From Naegleria gruberi (lineage: Eukaryota): a DNA stretch of 64,000 bases. Positions 63,320 through 64,000 of this stretch are shown piece by piece. The stretch is taken from assembly GCA_000004985.1 (NCBI GenBank), contig GG738891.1; one strand, written 5' to 3'. A program made the translations under genes and the position numbers. Under the pieces are notes generated by a model, which was not told where the DNA came from, searched no databases, and was given only the letters and a program-made list of their open reading frames with translations. The number at the start of each line of letters is the position of its first letter. The stretch's first letter is position 1.

Positions 63320-64000
63320 ATGTTTACAAACGACTTACTGTTTGTTGCATTGTGTCTTGTTTTCGCTCTTTATGTTGGTCAATTTGTCCATGTGACTAAT
63401 GGCCAAAATTGTTCAGCATCAAGTTTAGTTTCGAATTTCGCTATTGATCAAGCTGCCAATGTTCAATGTCAAATTGGCTACGCTCCAGACAAACTTTCAT
63501 TACAATGTAGACCCTATGACACTGTATTCGATGAAAATTATGGTAAACTTTGTAATGTCTCAAGTGATTGTCAATTAAGTTTCGTTTGTAGTGAATTGTC
63601 AAAGATTTGCGTTCCTTCCAAAACCAGAAGATTAGGAGACGCATGTCTTGCAAGAGAAAGTTGTGTAGAGCCATTCAATTGTTTTAACGGAGTTTGTTCC
63701 ATTGTAAAGGAAAGCAGTGATAGAAAATTTGGTGAAAAGTGCAATTTCATTGATTATGCCAATAATACAAAGCACTTATGTAATCCTACCTTTGCATGTC
63801 TAGCTGTTTCTTATCCAATTTATCACTGTTTTGAAAGAATAGAATCTGATATTGGTGGATTTTGTGGTCAGAACTCAACTTCTTTCCAAAGTGGTTCTTG
63901 TAAAGTGGGAATGTGCAATGCCATAACTGAACAATGTGTTCCATATCTTACCAATGCAACAGAAGGTCAAGGTTGTGAAATTATGACACCAAATTCGTAT
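63320..64000 (+). CDS. secreted cysteine-rich protein, 3'-partial (runs off the window)
   Basis: This gene is not in the ORF track because it has no stop. The ATG at 63320 follows an A-run, and the frame is open for all 227 codons to the window end. It has a signal-like N-terminus (MFTNDLLFVALCLVFALYVGQ). Spaced Cys patterns repeat (C..C......C.....C). Confidence 0.55.
   Translation, partial: MFTNDLLFVALCLVFALYVGQFVHVTNGQNCSASSLVSNFAIDQAANVQCQIGYAPDKLSLQCRPYDTVFDENYGKLCNVSSDCQLSFVCSELSKICVPSKTRRLGDACLARESCVEPFNCFNGVCSIVKESSDRKFGEKCNFIDYANNTKHLCNPTFACLAVSYPIYHCFERIESDIGGFCGQNSTSFQSGSCKVGMCNAITEQCVPYLTNATEGQGCEIMTPNSY

Noticed and set aside
63441-63674. The ORF track lists a 77-aa ORF on the minus strand here.
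   Set aside because: It lies antisense to a much longer open frame on the + strand (63320 to the window end) that has a signal peptide and Cys-rich repeats.
1-64000. I looked for a prokaryotic operon, defence island or phage-like system.
   Set aside because: At least 15 genes need GT..AG introns to restore conserved domains. The 5S rRNA and tRNAs are of eukaryotic type, and the protein families (RhoGAP, RGS, RBR E3, F-box, HEATR5-like) are eukaryotic. Genes alternate strands without operon-like co-orientation.
1-64000. I considered whether TTCGAA is a generally over-represented palindrome in this window.
   Set aside because: I noticed about 20-25 occurrences in total, which is about what base composition predicts. 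Only the local clustering in the Ras and RhoGAP introns stands out, and it is reported separately.

Overview
This is eukaryotic nuclear DNA, not a prokaryotic window. It is AT-rich and very gene-dense. I can support about 40 protein-coding genes on both strands, and many intergenic spacers are under 300 bp. Introns are short (about 43-166 nt). Donors are GTAAGT, GTAGGT or GTATGT and acceptors are YAG. Most start codons follow an A-run (AAAAAAATG). The ORF track splits many genes at introns, so I rejoined them by hand and give exon coordinates in the evidence fields.

Recognisable products:
- Metabolism: GFAT, NADP-isocitrate dehydrogenase, uridine kinase, pantothenate kinase, a bacterial-type alanine racemase, an alpha/beta hydrolase and an M20/M28-like peptidase.
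- Signalling and regulation: a RhoGAP-WW protein, a C2+RGS protein, a 6-exon Ras-family GTPase, an Ariadne-type RBR E3 ligase, a GATA/AT-hook/F-box protein, three F-box/LRR proteins and an SPT3-like factor.
- Other: an ABCB half-transporter, mitochondrial SSB, an ankyrin-repeat protein, a GT10 fucosyltransferase, a HEATR5-like giant HEAT-repeat protein, an SF-assemblin-like protein and a CFAP20-domain protein.

RNA genes are a 5S rRNA, tRNA-Phe(GAA), tRNA-Asp(GUC), and a tRNA-Pro(UGG) gene that is physically split. An assembly gap (N run, 29581..29663) truncates the 5' ends of GFAT and IDH.

The flagellar-apparatus genes, the codon and AT bias, and the short rare introns fit a free-living amoeboflagellate protist (heterolobosean, Naegleria-like). 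That is an inference I cannot verify here.

Most interesting observations:
1. The tRNA-Pro gene is interrupted in its D-loop by a 768-bp non-coding insertion. The insertion has a perfect 8-bp target-site duplication and three phased arrays of a ~16-bp GGGAT-core repeat.
2. A ~150-bp, ~95%-identical inverted copy of an internal piece of the RGS gene lies 4 kb away in a patchwork region bounded by 22-bp direct repeats.
3. Several introns of the Ras and RhoGAP genes share an ACTTTCGAA(A)TATAA motif.
4. Two micro-exons of 11 nt and 16 nt are needed to keep conserved domains in frame.
5. A bacterial-type alanine racemase carries a spliceosomal intron inside its PLP-lysine motif.

I found no operon, CRISPR or defence-island architecture.
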